Position numbers and translations under genes: made by a program
Assembly: GCA_016201435.1 (NCBI GenBank)
Contig: JACQCT010000037.1
Coordinates: 14,908 to 78,907, forward strand
Reading direction: 5' to 3'
DNA length: 64,000 bases
Source of the DNA: Nitrososphaerota archaeon
GTDB lineage: Archaea > Thermoproteota > Nitrososphaeria > Nitrososphaerales > Nitrosopumilaceae
Notes under the pieces: model-generated
What the model saw: only the letters and a program-made list of their open reading frames with translations
Told to the model about the DNA's origin: nothing
Database searches by the model: none
Shown here: positions 1 through 8,864 of the stretch, in pieces
Layout: the number at the start of each line of letters is the position of its first letter
How positions within the stretch are numbered: position 1 is the stretch's first letter

Positions 1-154
1 CAAAACTTCCAAACCAAACTATGGCATAATAGTAAGTTGGATCATTCTGTTCGAATACGACTTCACTTAGAATTGATGCGGTGCCCACAGATATTGAAAC
101 GCCAATAAAAAGAAGCCCAAATGCACGCCTTACTTCAAGCGGAGTTTGTTGCAT
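1..154 (-). CDS. partial CDS (N-terminus only, continues past left edge); hydrophobic, probably membrane protein
   Basis: ATG (complement) at 154 opens a frame that runs to position 1: MQQTPLEVRRAFGLLFIGVSISVGTASILSEV... Truncated, so absent from the ORF track. Confidence 0.3.
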   Translation of the reverse strand, partial: MQQTPLEVRRAFGLLFIGVSISVGTASILSEVVFEQNDPTYYYAIVWFGSF

Positions 155-233
155 AAAGAATAATCGATTTTACTTTTATGATAATTTAAAAGTTTAAAAT
201 TTGAAAAATTTGTTAAATGAACTAGAATAAGGA

Positions 234-713
234 TTATTTCTCGTTATCATCATACATGTCTGCCCAATGTGTTCTTTCTTCCATCTTTAAACCAGTATTA
301 ACGCCTTCGGCTTTTATTTTTATGAATTCAACTGCTCTTTCTGTCTCGGTTTGTATGTCTTTAGTAATTTTTCCGCCCATAAGGCCTGCCATTCCTGTGA
401 ATTTATAATTTAATACGGCTTCAAGATAAGTAGTATTATTTTTTGAAGTAAGAAAGATATCCTTTGTACCCTTGATTGTTCCCTTGGTCCACTCCGTATG
501 TATTTGTTGATTTGGATACAGCGTAATTGTTTGGAGGCATTTATTGATCTTGGCAAGTAAGACTTCACGTTTTACTACGTTATTTTCGTGAGAAATGTTT
601 CTTATCGATGTAATAGCCGTCCAAAACTTGGAATCATTATCAAGGTCAGATATGACTTCCCAGACCTTGTCTACTGGTGCATTAATCTCAATAGCCGCTT
701 TTATTTCGACCAT
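234..713 (-). CDS. SRPBCC (Bet v1/polyketide cyclase-like) domain protein
   Basis: 159-aa ORF; N-terminal IEINAPVDKVWEVISDLDN..FW pattern and length typical of SRPBCC proteins. Confidence 0.55.
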   Translation of the reverse strand: MVEIKAAIEINAPVDKVWEVISDLDNDSKFWTAITSIRNISHENNVVKREVLLAKINKCLQTITLYPNQQIHTEWTKGTIKGTKDIFLTSKNNTTYLEAVLNYKFTGMAGLMGGKITKDIQTETERAVEFIKIKAEGVNTGLKMEERTHWADMYDDNEK

Positions 714-811
714 GTAGTTATGGATTCACTTACATGATATATGTTTTGATTAGCAAAATGTACCAAGTTTCAATTCGCTGGGTTTATTAAAATTCAAGAT
801 AGTCTGATCTT

Positions 812-1387
812 GTGAGTTATTCAAAAAAACCACTTGTTGGAATAATCATGGGCTCAAGTTCAGACAGCAAAATAATGAAGGAGGCAGCTACTGTCTTAGA
901 TGAATTCAAAGTAAAACATGAAGATCAAATAGTCTCTGCTCACAGAACACCAACAAGGTTATCAGACTATGCAAAACATGCTGAAAAAAACGGATTCAAA
1001 GTCATAATTGCGGGAGCCGGAGGTTCAGCACATCTTCCAGGAATGATTGCGTCTCACACCATCATTCCAGTAATAGGTGTACCAATAATGGTGTATAACG
1101 ACAAGTCTAGTAATTCTGATCGCTTCAAGTTCTCTGCGTTTGGTGGATTGGACTCACTTTTGTCCATATCGGAGATGCCAACAGGTTCTCCAGTTGTAAC
1201 TGTTGGAGTAAACAAGGCTACAAATGCAGGACTATATGCTCTGAAAATACTTGCTAATGAGTTCAACGATCTTCAAAGAAAACTAAAACAACACAAACAA
1301 AAACAACATCATTCGGTTCTTAAAGAATCTGACGAATTAAAAAAACTGGGATTAACTAGGTTTACAAATAAAAAATTCAAGAAATAG
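812..1387 (+). CDS. purE: N5-carboxyaminoimidazole ribonucleotide mutase PurE
   Basis: GIIMGSSSD, SAHRTP, GAGGSAHLPGMIAS, GVP...DSLLSI..MP.G.PV motifs; GTG start. Confidence 0.9.
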   Translation: MSYSKKPLVGIIMGSSSDSKIMKEAATVLDEFKVKHEDQIVSAHRTPTRLSDYAKHAEKNGFKVIIAGAGGSAHLPGMIASHTIIPVIGVPIMVYNDKSSNSDRFKFSAFGGLDSLLSISEMPTGSPVVTVGVNKATNAGLYALKILANEFNDLQRKLKQHKQKQHHSVLKESDELKKLGLTRFTNKKFKK

Positions 1388-1420
1388 ATTATCTTTTAAT
1401 TACATGTTAGATCAAGATCT

Positions 1421-1969
1421 ATGATGGAAATTAAAGAAATATTATACAATGCTATCAGAAATTATCAAGAACACAGAATAATATCAGATATTGCACAAGG
1501 TGATAGTACACAGACAATAAACACATTATGTAATGAATGCATGCCTGTTCTTGAAAAATTAGAGGGCATAAAATCTGAGAAAACAGTCTCTTTTGCCGAA
1601 GGACTAATTCATTATTTGTTAACAGTAGCACTAATTCCAAGCCAAAGAAAAGTCGTGTTTGCTTCAGTAGGTGTAGACGTAGTCATTCCAGACGTCTCTA
1701 CTCTTTCCTCAATACCAGAAAATGCACTTGTAATAGCATTTCCAAAAACAAACGATCCTGTATCAATAAAGAAGAGGGTCATGGAATTAACACAGATTCA
1801 GCCACATAAAGAAAATATATGGTTTGTTCTAGAAAATGATTTGCCATTAGAAGTAAAAACATACAAGATTGATAACAGTGAGAAGGAACCATTTACGAAT
1901 ATCATAAATGATATCATTTGGTTTACCTCAAATAGAAAGCAATCAAAACTTAAAATTTTTAAGATATAA
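1421..1969 (+). CDS. hypothetical protein
   Basis: 182-aa ORF in a tight gene context; no family recognised. Confidence 0.45.
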   Translation: MMEIKEILYNAIRNYQEHRIISDIAQGDSTQTINTLCNECMPVLEKLEGIKSEKTVSFAEGLIHYLLTVALIPSQRKVVFASVGVDVVIPDVSTLSSIPENALVIAFPKTNDPVSIKKRVMELTQIQPHKENIWFVLENDLPLEVKTYKIDNSEKEPFTNIINDIIWFTSNRKQSKLKIFKI

Positions 1970-2651
1970 GAGATCTCACACTAACATATTTGTCAACATA
2001 TTCAATTAACTTTTCAGTATTATTCAAATCCTTGATAAAAGGAATTGTACCTAAGATTGGAACATTGGTAAGTTCGTAAAGTGTTGATGGTGAATTTTTT
2101 TCTGCAGGAGTTCCTTTCTCATCAAAATTATTTATGACAAGACCGCGGATCTTAATTCCATAATCTTTACACATTTTACATGTCATGACAGTATGATTTA
2201 ATGTTCCAATTGTTGCTCTTGTCACAATAATAGCCTCTATGTCCATTCCCTTTATCATATCAGCTATAAAGAAATTTTTTGTAATAGGAGTCATAATTCC
2301 ACCAATTCCTTCAACTAACAGTATTTGATGCATTGACAGCAATTTTTTAAATTGATCAAAAATTAATGGTATGTCAACAGATAATTCCAAAAGTTTTGTT
2401 GCATCATAGGGGGAAGTTGGAAGTGGAAGAAATACTGGATTTATTAGATTTTCAGGATCTTTTATGAAAGTGGCCTCAACAAGTTTAGCAACATCAGATG
2501 ATTTGAAACCCGTTTTGTTTGGATATCCAGTAGCAATTGGTTTCATTATCCCAACATCTATGCCTAACTTACGCATGGAACCGGCAAGTCCAGCCGTGAT
2601 TGAGGTTTTTCCAACCCCGGTGTCTGTGCCTGTTATAAAATAGGCCTTCAC
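1959..2651 (-). CDS. bioD: dethiobiotin synthetase
   Basis: N-terminal P-loop FITGTDTGVGKT; length and bio-cluster context. Confidence 0.85.
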   Translation of the reverse strand: MKAYFITGTDTGVGKTSITAGLAGSMRKLGIDVGIMKPIATGYPNKTGFKSSDVAKLVEATFIKDPENLINPVFLPLPTSPYDATKLLELSVDIPLIFDQFKKLLSMHQILLVEGIGGIMTPITKNFFIADMIKGMDIEAIIVTRATIGTLNHTVMTCKMCKDYGIKIRGLVINNFDEKGTPAEKNSPSTLYELTNVPILGTIPFIKDLNNTEKLIEYVDKYVSVRSLIS

Positions 2652-2723
2652 AGAAGACGATTATCATCGTTCCTTAATAATTCACCGTACCATTATTATT
2701 GCCAAAGTTAGAATTTTCACTGA

Positions 2724-4043
2724 TTGAATTCCAAAGATTTTGTGTGGCATCCATATACACAGATGAACGAGTGGAAAAAATTCGATGTCATAACAAAAGG
2801 TGATGGTATGTGGCTTATAGATTCAAAGGGAAACAAACTCCTCGACGGGGTAGCAAGCATGTGGTGCAATGTATGGGGTCACTCTAAAAAAGAATTAGTT
2901 AATGCAATGATAAAACAAACAAAAAAACTACAACACTCATCATTGTTTAATCTTACAAATGATCAAGCAGAGTTACTTGGAGAAAAACTTGTCAAGATTT
3001 CTCCTGGAATGAACAAAGTGTTTTATTCTGACGATGGTTCTACTGCGATGGAAATTGCAATCAAGATGGCAATTCAATATTGGCAAAACATTGGAAAAAA
3101 AAATAAAATAAAATTTGTCACGTTAGATAATGGATATCATGGAGACACTATAGGTGCAATGTCAATTGGTTATGTTCCAACTTTTTTTTCAAAATTTAAA
3201 AATATACTATTTCCTGTAATTAAAACACCAACACCTCATAAATATAGAATGCCAAAAAAATACACTTACGAAGAATATCAGGAATATTGTCTTGAAAAAA
3301 TAGAAAAAATATTTGTAAAAAATAATGATCTTGCCGCATTTGTAATGGAAAGCGGTGCACAGATTGCCGGCGGTGTAATAATTTATCCACCTGAATTTCA
3401 GAAAAAAATAAGCCAGTTATGTAAAAAACATGAGGTGCTTTTTATTTTAGATGAGGTTGCAACAGGTTTTGGAAGATTAGGTTCATTTATAGAATATCAC
3501 GCCCAAAAAAGCATTCCAGACATAGTCGCATATGGAAAAATGCTTACTGGTGGATATTTGCCACTTGCAGCCACTTTGACTAGCCAAAAAATATACGATT
3601 CCTATCTTGGAAGTTATGAGGATATGAGGCATTTCTTTCATGGTCATACTTTTACTGGAAATCCTCTTGCTTGTGCCACTGCCCTTACAAATCTTGAACT
3701 ATATGATAAAAATAACCTAATTTCAAAAAATAAAATTAAATCAAGACAATTTGAAAAACGAGTTGGTGAGATTTCTAATTTAAGCATCGTAGGAGATGTG
3801 CGACACAAAGGCATGCTCATGGCAATTGAACTTGTAAGCAATAAAAATAAAAAAACTCCAATTAGTCTAGACAAAAAAATACATCAAAAAATTTTTGTGG
3901 AAGCTAAAAAACACAAAATTTACTTGCGAACATTAGGTCATATTATGATGCTTGTACCACCGCTTGCAATATCTGAAAAAGAATTGGAATTCTTACTTGA
4001 TGGTACAATTGATATAATAAAAAAAGTCACGAAGGATGTTTGA
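2724..4043 (+). CDS. bioA: adenosylmethionine-8-amino-7-oxononanoate aminotransferase
   Basis: Class III PLP aminotransferase; WHPYTQM N-terminus, DEVATGFGRLG, YGKMLTGG lysine motif; TTG start; divergent from bioD. Confidence 0.9.
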   Translation: MNSKDFVWHPYTQMNEWKKFDVITKGDGMWLIDSKGNKLLDGVASMWCNVWGHSKKELVNAMIKQTKKLQHSSLFNLTNDQAELLGEKLVKISPGMNKVFYSDDGSTAMEIAIKMAIQYWQNIGKKNKIKFVTLDNGYHGDTIGAMSIGYVPTFFSKFKNILFPVIKTPTPHKYRMPKKYTYEEYQEYCLEKIEKIFVKNNDLAAFVMESGAQIAGGVIIYPPEFQKKISQLCKKHEVLFILDEVATGFGRLGSFIEYHAQKSIPDIVAYGKMLTGGYLPLAATLTSQKIYDSYLGSYEDMRHFFHGHTFTGNPLACATALTNLELYDKNNLISKNKIKSRQFEKRVGEISNLSIVGDVRHKGMLMAIELVSNKNKKTPISLDKKIHQKIFVEAKKHKIYLRTLGHIMMLVPPLAISEKELEFLLDGTIDIIKKVTKDV

Positions 4044-4048
4044 GAAAA

Positions 4049-4264
4049 TTATCTCCTTCGCGCTCGTCTAAGTTTCATTTCGAGCTCCCTTATTCTGCGG
4101 TTGCGTACTGCAACAGACAGTTTCAGTCTGTTTCCTTCACGCCTTGCCATATCATGTGCTCTTCTAGCTCTGTTCAATGATGCACGAACCGTTATCATTT
4201 GTTTGCGTGTTGGCGCAGGCTTAGCTCGTCTCTTTGCATTTCTTGATCGTCTTTTAGAAGCCAT
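4049..4264 (-). CDS. arginine-rich small basic protein (71 aa), function unknown
   Basis: ATG-initiated ORF with about 22 Arg in 71 residues (MASKRRSRNAKRRAK...RRARRR); helical/coiled-coil-like; DNA looks locally GC-richer than its surroundings. Confidence 0.5.
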   Translation of the reverse strand: MASKRRSRNAKRRAKPAPTRKQMITVRASLNRARRAHDMARREGNRLKLSVAVRNRRIRELEMKLRRARRR

Positions 4265-4366
4265 GCAAAACCTGCAATGAGGAAATAATTAAGCATGACG
4301 CAGTAATTGATTTTATTCAGATACATTTTAACATGATGTGCACGTATTTATGAGATAGATCTAACA

Positions 4367-4525
4367 ATGCCACAGATCCGTACATGTCCAATTTGTAAAA
4401 AAGTGTTGCAGACAAATGAGATGCATAACTGCACACAGCAGGATTCAGAATTTATAATCTGCAATAAATGTGGACAAAAGTACAAAGCGTGGCAAGGACA
4501 CATTTGCCCTACTATGATCAAGTGA
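4367..4525 (+). CDS. zinc-ribbon mini-protein (52 aa)
   Basis: Hand-translated: MPQIRTCPICKKVLQTNEMHNCTQQDSEFIICNKCGQKYKAWQGHICPTMIK; two CxxC pairs; below the ORF-track length cut-off. Confidence 0.4.
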   Translation: MPQIRTCPICKKVLQTNEMHNCTQQDSEFIICNKCGQKYKAWQGHICPTMIK

Positions 4526-4560
4526 ATCTCTTATACGTATTATAATAACAATGAAAAAAG

Positions 4561-4590
4561 CGTAAACCAATTAGATTTTAGCGGTTTACA
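4561..4590. promoter_or_regulatory. BirA-type biotin operator (bioO-like inverted repeat)
   Basis: CGTAAACC-N14-GGTTTACA lies 35 nt upstream of the bioB GTG. The half-sites equal the E. coli bioO half-sites TGTAAACC/GGTTTACA as I recall them. A TATA-like CTTATTAA follows directly. Confidence 0.6.
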
Positions 4591-4625
4591 ATCACAATAA
4601 TCTTATTAATGGAGTCAGAAAAACA

Positions 4626-5612
4626 GTGATTATGAATTCAGAGCATGTATTGATCATGCAATGCAAGCAAAAAATTCTATCCGGACAAAAAATTAATGCT
4701 GACGAAGCTGCATCACTTATCAATGTATCTGAAGAATCATTACAATTTCTATCAGACGCCGCAAATGAGATTACAAGGAAATTTAATGGAAATACGATAG
4801 ATGTAGAGACTTTAATTAACGCAAAAAAAGGCACCTGTCCTGAAGATTGTTCTTTTTGTTCCCAATCTGGATTTTATAAAACTGGTATTGACACATACAA
4901 ACTATTGTCAACCGAGACCATAATGGAAAATGCAAAAATTGCAAAAGAAAACGGAGTTAAAAGTTTCTGCCTTGTATGCGCATGGCGAGGACCTTCTGAA
5001 AAAGATTTTGAGCAAATCTGCGAAATAATCAAAAAAGTAAACTCTGAAGTAGGAATCGAAGTAAATTGCTCACTTGGATTCATTAATGAGGAAATGGCTG
5101 TACGTCTCAAAGAACTTCATATAAAAAGATACAATCACAATTTAGAGGCTGCAAGAAGTTTCTTTTCAAAAATATGCACTACACACACATATCAGGAAAG
5201 AATGGACACAAATAAAATAATTAAAAAAATAGGTCTTGAGCTTTGTTGTGGTGGAATTATTGGCATGGGCGAAACCAGAATGCAAAGAATAGAGCTTGGT
5301 CTTGATTTAGCAGATCTAAGCCCAGAAGAATGCCCAATTAACATTCTAGTTCCACAAAAAGGAACTCCGCTTGAGCTTCAAACAAAATTATCACTTTCAG
5401 AAATACTTCGTACAATAGCTGTATTTAGATTTTTAATGCCAAAAACGATACTAAAAATAGCAGGTGGTCGAGAAGTTCACCTTGCAAACGAACAAGAAAA
5501 AGTTCTTCTGGGAGGTGCAAACGGAATCATAACTGGCGGATATCTGACTATTGGTGGAAACACAGCTTATGAAGATATGCAAATGATCTCAAAAATGGGT
5601 CTTGAAACATAA
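4626..5612 (+). CDS. bioB: biotin synthase (radical SAM)
   Basis: CPEDCSFCSQS CxxxCxxC motif; 328 aa; overlaps bioF by 11 nt; the true start may be the ATG at 4632. Confidence 0.92.
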   Translation: MIMNSEHVLIMQCKQKILSGQKINADEAASLINVSEESLQFLSDAANEITRKFNGNTIDVETLINAKKGTCPEDCSFCSQSGFYKTGIDTYKLLSTETIMENAKIAKENGVKSFCLVCAWRGPSEKDFEQICEIIKKVNSEVGIEVNCSLGFINEEMAVRLKELHIKRYNHNLEAARSFFSKICTTHTYQERMDTNKIIKKIGLELCCGGIIGMGETRMQRIELGLDLADLSPEECPINILVPQKGTPLELQTKLSLSEILRTIAVFRFLMPKTILKIAGGREVHLANEQEKVLLGGANGIITGGYLTIGGNTAYEDMQMISKMGLET

Positions 5613-6732
5613 ATTTGATTTTGTAAATGAAACCCTTGAGAAAATAAAAACAAGGAATCTTTACAGAAAACTACAAGATAATCGCGTGCAAGGATCATAC
5701 ATAATATTTAATAAAAAAAAACTTGTCAACCTTTGTTCAAATGATTATCTTGGACTAGGTAATAACGAAATTCCAAATATGCAATTGCAATCAAGCTCGC
5801 GACTCGTTGCAGGAAATGACATATCCTTTAGTATATTAGAAAAAAAACTTGCCCATCATAAATCCCAAGAATCAGCACTCATATTTCCTACAGGATACAT
5901 GACTAATCTTGGTTCAATACCACCACTTACACAAAAAGGAGACCTAATTCTCAGTGATGAGTTAAATCATGCAAGCATAATCGACGCGTGTAGGCTTTCT
6001 GGGGCAAGAATAGTCATTTACAAACATAATGATGTTATCGATCTAGAGAAAAAGATTCGACAGAAAGCGGATCGCAAGTTCATAGTTACAGAAGGCATCT
6101 TTAGCATGAATGGTGATTTTGCAGAATTAAAGAAGATTTCAGAGATTGCAAATAAGAACAATGCAACATTTGTCTTAGATGACGCACATGGTGATTTTGT
6201 AACAGGTCGTGATGGAAAAGGTTCTGCAGAATATTTTGGTGTTGCAAATAAGATCGATGTCTATGTCAGCAGTCTAAGTAAGGGTCTGGGAGCTTTTGGA
6301 GGATATGTTGCAACAAGATCTGAAATAAGAGAACTTGTTATAAACACATCTAGGCCTTTTATCTATACTTCAGCATTGCCAAGTTTTCTTGTAGAGCTTG
6401 CACTACAGCGATTTTCTTCTAAACGTGAAAAACAGAGAAAGAAGCTCTGGAATAATATCAAAATGATACAAAAAGGACTTGATTCCATTGGATATACTTT
6501 CAATTCGTTTAGCCACATAATTCCGATCATAATAGGTTCTGAAAAGAAAGTAATGGAATTTGGCAAATATTTGTTTGATAACGGCATATTTGCGCAGCCA
6601 ATCAGATATCCTACAGTAGCACTAGGTTCAGCTAGAATAAGAATTTCTGTTACAGCGTTACTTGCAAAAGAAGATATTGAAAAATCAATAGGTGTATTTG
6701 AATCTGCTGGCAAAAAATTTGGAATTCTATAA
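5602..6732 (+). CDS. bioF: 8-amino-7-oxononanoate synthase
   Basis: Class II aminotransferase; DDAHG and SLSKGLG PLP-lysine motifs; bio-cluster context. Confidence 0.85.
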   Translation: MKHKFDFVNETLEKIKTRNLYRKLQDNRVQGSYIIFNKKKLVNLCSNDYLGLGNNEIPNMQLQSSSRLVAGNDISFSILEKKLAHHKSQESALIFPTGYMTNLGSIPPLTQKGDLILSDELNHASIIDACRLSGARIVIYKHNDVIDLEKKIRQKADRKFIVTEGIFSMNGDFAELKKISEIANKNNATFVLDDAHGDFVTGRDGKGSAEYFGVANKIDVYVSSLSKGLGAFGGYVATRSEIRELVINTSRPFIYTSALPSFLVELALQRFSSKREKQRKKLWNNIKMIQKGLDSIGYTFNSFSHIIPIIIGSEKKVMEFGKYLFDNGIFAQPIRYPTVALGSARIRISVTALLAKEDIEKSIGVFESAGKKFGIL

Positions 6733-6795
6733 AATCAATACAATTTGGTATAGATTTGGAATAACGCATTAATAACAAAACAGCAAAATCAAATC

Positions 6796-7527
6796 ATGGC
6801 AGACATTGGAATAGGCATAGCAGCATTAGCAGGTCTTGGTTCATTTCTTGCTCCTTGCATATTACCTATGATACCTGCATTTTTGGCATATATTTCTGGA
6901 AGCACATTGACTGATCTTCAAAGAAATAATGGAACTGTCAACATAGTTACAAGTAGAATAAACATTTTGCTCAATACGATTTTCTTTGTTCTTGGATTTT
7001 CAGTTGTCTTTTCTGTTATTGGTGTGATTTTAAATAGTGTTTTATCAAATAGTGCAGGAAACATTCTTGCTGGATTCAATCATTTAGGAGGAATCATAAT
7101 AATTGCGTTTGGTGTGTTCATGTTGTTATCTACTAAACTTAAAAATCTAAATTTTGAAAAAAAGTTTCTTCCAAATAGAACAAAAGCAAGTTACCCAATG
7201 TCATTTCTTTTTGGATTGGCATTTGCAACAGGTTGGACTCCATGTATTGGACCAATTTTAGGCAGCATACTTACACTAGCTGCAACATCTCCCGGTCATG
7301 CATTTACTTTATTACTTGCTTATTCACTAGGATTAGGAATCCCATTTCTTTTGATGGGAATTTTCTTTTCTAGATTTACAAGAATCATAAAAGCAATGAG
7401 TAAACATTTGAAATATTATTCAGTAATTATGGGCTCATTCATTATTCTATTAGGATTTCTAGTATTTACAAACCAGCTTGCGGCCATTGCAAGTTTCCCA
7501 CTTTTGAACAATTTATTGCTAGGATGA
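6796..7527 (+). CDS. ccdA: CcdA/DsbD-type thiol-disulfide electron transporter (membrane)
   Basis: Polytopic 243-aa protein with the two conserved Cys-Pro motifs LAPCILPMIP and TPCIGPILG. Confidence 0.8.
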   Translation: MADIGIGIAALAGLGSFLAPCILPMIPAFLAYISGSTLTDLQRNNGTVNIVTSRINILLNTIFFVLGFSVVFSVIGVILNSVLSNSAGNILAGFNHLGGIIIIAFGVFMLLSTKLKNLNFEKKFLPNRTKASYPMSFLFGLAFATGWTPCIGPILGSILTLAATSPGHAFTLLLAYSLGLGIPFLLMGIFFSRFTRIIKAMSKHLKYYSVIMGSFIILLGFLVFTNQLAAIASFPLLNNLLLG

Positions 7528-7531
7528 TAAT

Positions 7532-8701
7532 ATGAAATCAGAAATTAAAAGCGCAATCATAGTTGGAATTATAGTAGTGATTACAATCGCTGCAATAGGC
7601 ACATATTTTAGTTCATTAGACATGCCAAAACCAGTATCTACGCCTATTCAATCAAATATTCAGACTATAAACAAAACAGCGCAAACAAATGATAACCCCC
7701 TTACACAAACCACAACAAATACGCCTACACTTCCACCTATAGATGAGAGCCACAACTTGAAAGCTCCCGATTTAGTAGGCATATCTGGATACATCAACAC
7801 TACACCAGAAGATCTAAAGAATGCCATGAAAAACAAAGTGGTACTTTACGATTTTTGGACCTATAGTTGTATAAACTGTATCAGAACGCTTCCATATATT
7901 ACAGCATGGAATGAAAAATATGCAGACAAAGGATTACTCATAATAGGTGTGCATTCTCCAGAATTTGAATTTGAAAAAGATATTAGCAATGTAAAGGATG
8001 CAGTACAAAAATTTGGTATTAAATATCCTGTGGTACTTGATAGTGATCATCAGACATGGGCTGCATTTAGTAATCAATATTGGCCAAGAGAATACCTTAC
8101 AGACTATCAAGGATACATAAGACACGATCATATTGGTGAAGGAAATTATGATGAAACTGAAAAAGTAATTCAACAACTTTTAGATGAACGCAATAAACAT
8201 CTTGGATTGAATATTCTTGCAGATCAAGCACTTGTAAACATACCAGAACATCAATTTTCTAATTCTCAAACTTCCGAACTTTACTTTGGATATGCTTTTG
8301 CTGAAGGAAGAAACTATCTTGGAAACTCTGAAGGATTCAATCCAGGTCAAATAGTAACATATTCTTTGCCAGCTCAACAAAATAGAGACGATTATTATCT
8401 TGAAGGAAAATGGCAAAACCTTGCTGACAGTATGAAACTCGTATCAGATAACGGAAAAATAGTATTAACTTATTTTGCTAAATCAGTACACATAGTAGCA
8501 GCAAATAATTCAACTTTGCAAATTCTTCTAGATGGAAATTCAATAAAACCAGAAGATTCTGGCGACGATGTCAACGACACAATAGTTCATACATCTGAAA
8601 ACAGGTTATACAACATTGTTTCAACTAGTCAAGCAGGTTCACATACCCTTACAATCCTTGCAAAGCCAGGCTTCCAGATATACACATTTACCTTTGGCTA
8701 A
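7532..8701 (+). CDS. membrane-anchored thioredoxin-like (TlpA/DipZ C-terminal-like) protein
   Basis: N-terminal TM helix; thioredoxin-fold CxxC (FWTYSCINCIRTLP); beta-rich C-terminal domain; 4 nt downstream of ccdA, i.e. a split-DipZ arrangement. Confidence 0.7.
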   Translation: MKSEIKSAIIVGIIVVITIAAIGTYFSSLDMPKPVSTPIQSNIQTINKTAQTNDNPLTQTTTNTPTLPPIDESHNLKAPDLVGISGYINTTPEDLKNAMKNKVVLYDFWTYSCINCIRTLPYITAWNEKYADKGLLIIGVHSPEFEFEKDISNVKDAVQKFGIKYPVVLDSDHQTWAAFSNQYWPREYLTDYQGYIRHDHIGEGNYDETEKVIQQLLDERNKHLGLNILADQALVNIPEHQFSNSQTSELYFGYAFAEGRNYLGNSEGFNPGQIVTYSLPAQQNRDDYYLEGKWQNLADSMKLVSDNGKIVLTYFAKSVHIVAANNSTLQILLDGNSIKPEDSGDDVNDTIVHTSENRLYNIVSTSQAGSHTLTILAKPGFQIYTFTFG

Positions 8702-8713
8702 CAGTATTCAAAA

Positions 8714-8747
8714 ATAATGTTTCTAAATTCGAATTTTGAAACATTAT
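8714..8747. repeat. 34-nt palindromic element, copy 1
   Basis: ATAATGTTTCTAAATTCGAATTTTGAAACATTAT. It is self-complementary except for a T/T position pair. A second copy lies at 12281..12314. Confidence 0.85.
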
Positions 8748-8864
8748 AAATCAATACGGGTAATAGTAAAAAATTGTATCCCCCCCACCTGTCACTGTGG
8801 TCACATACTTGACAAGAACAAGGCATCTTAAAACCTAAATTTTAATCACATTCAGTCAGAAATC

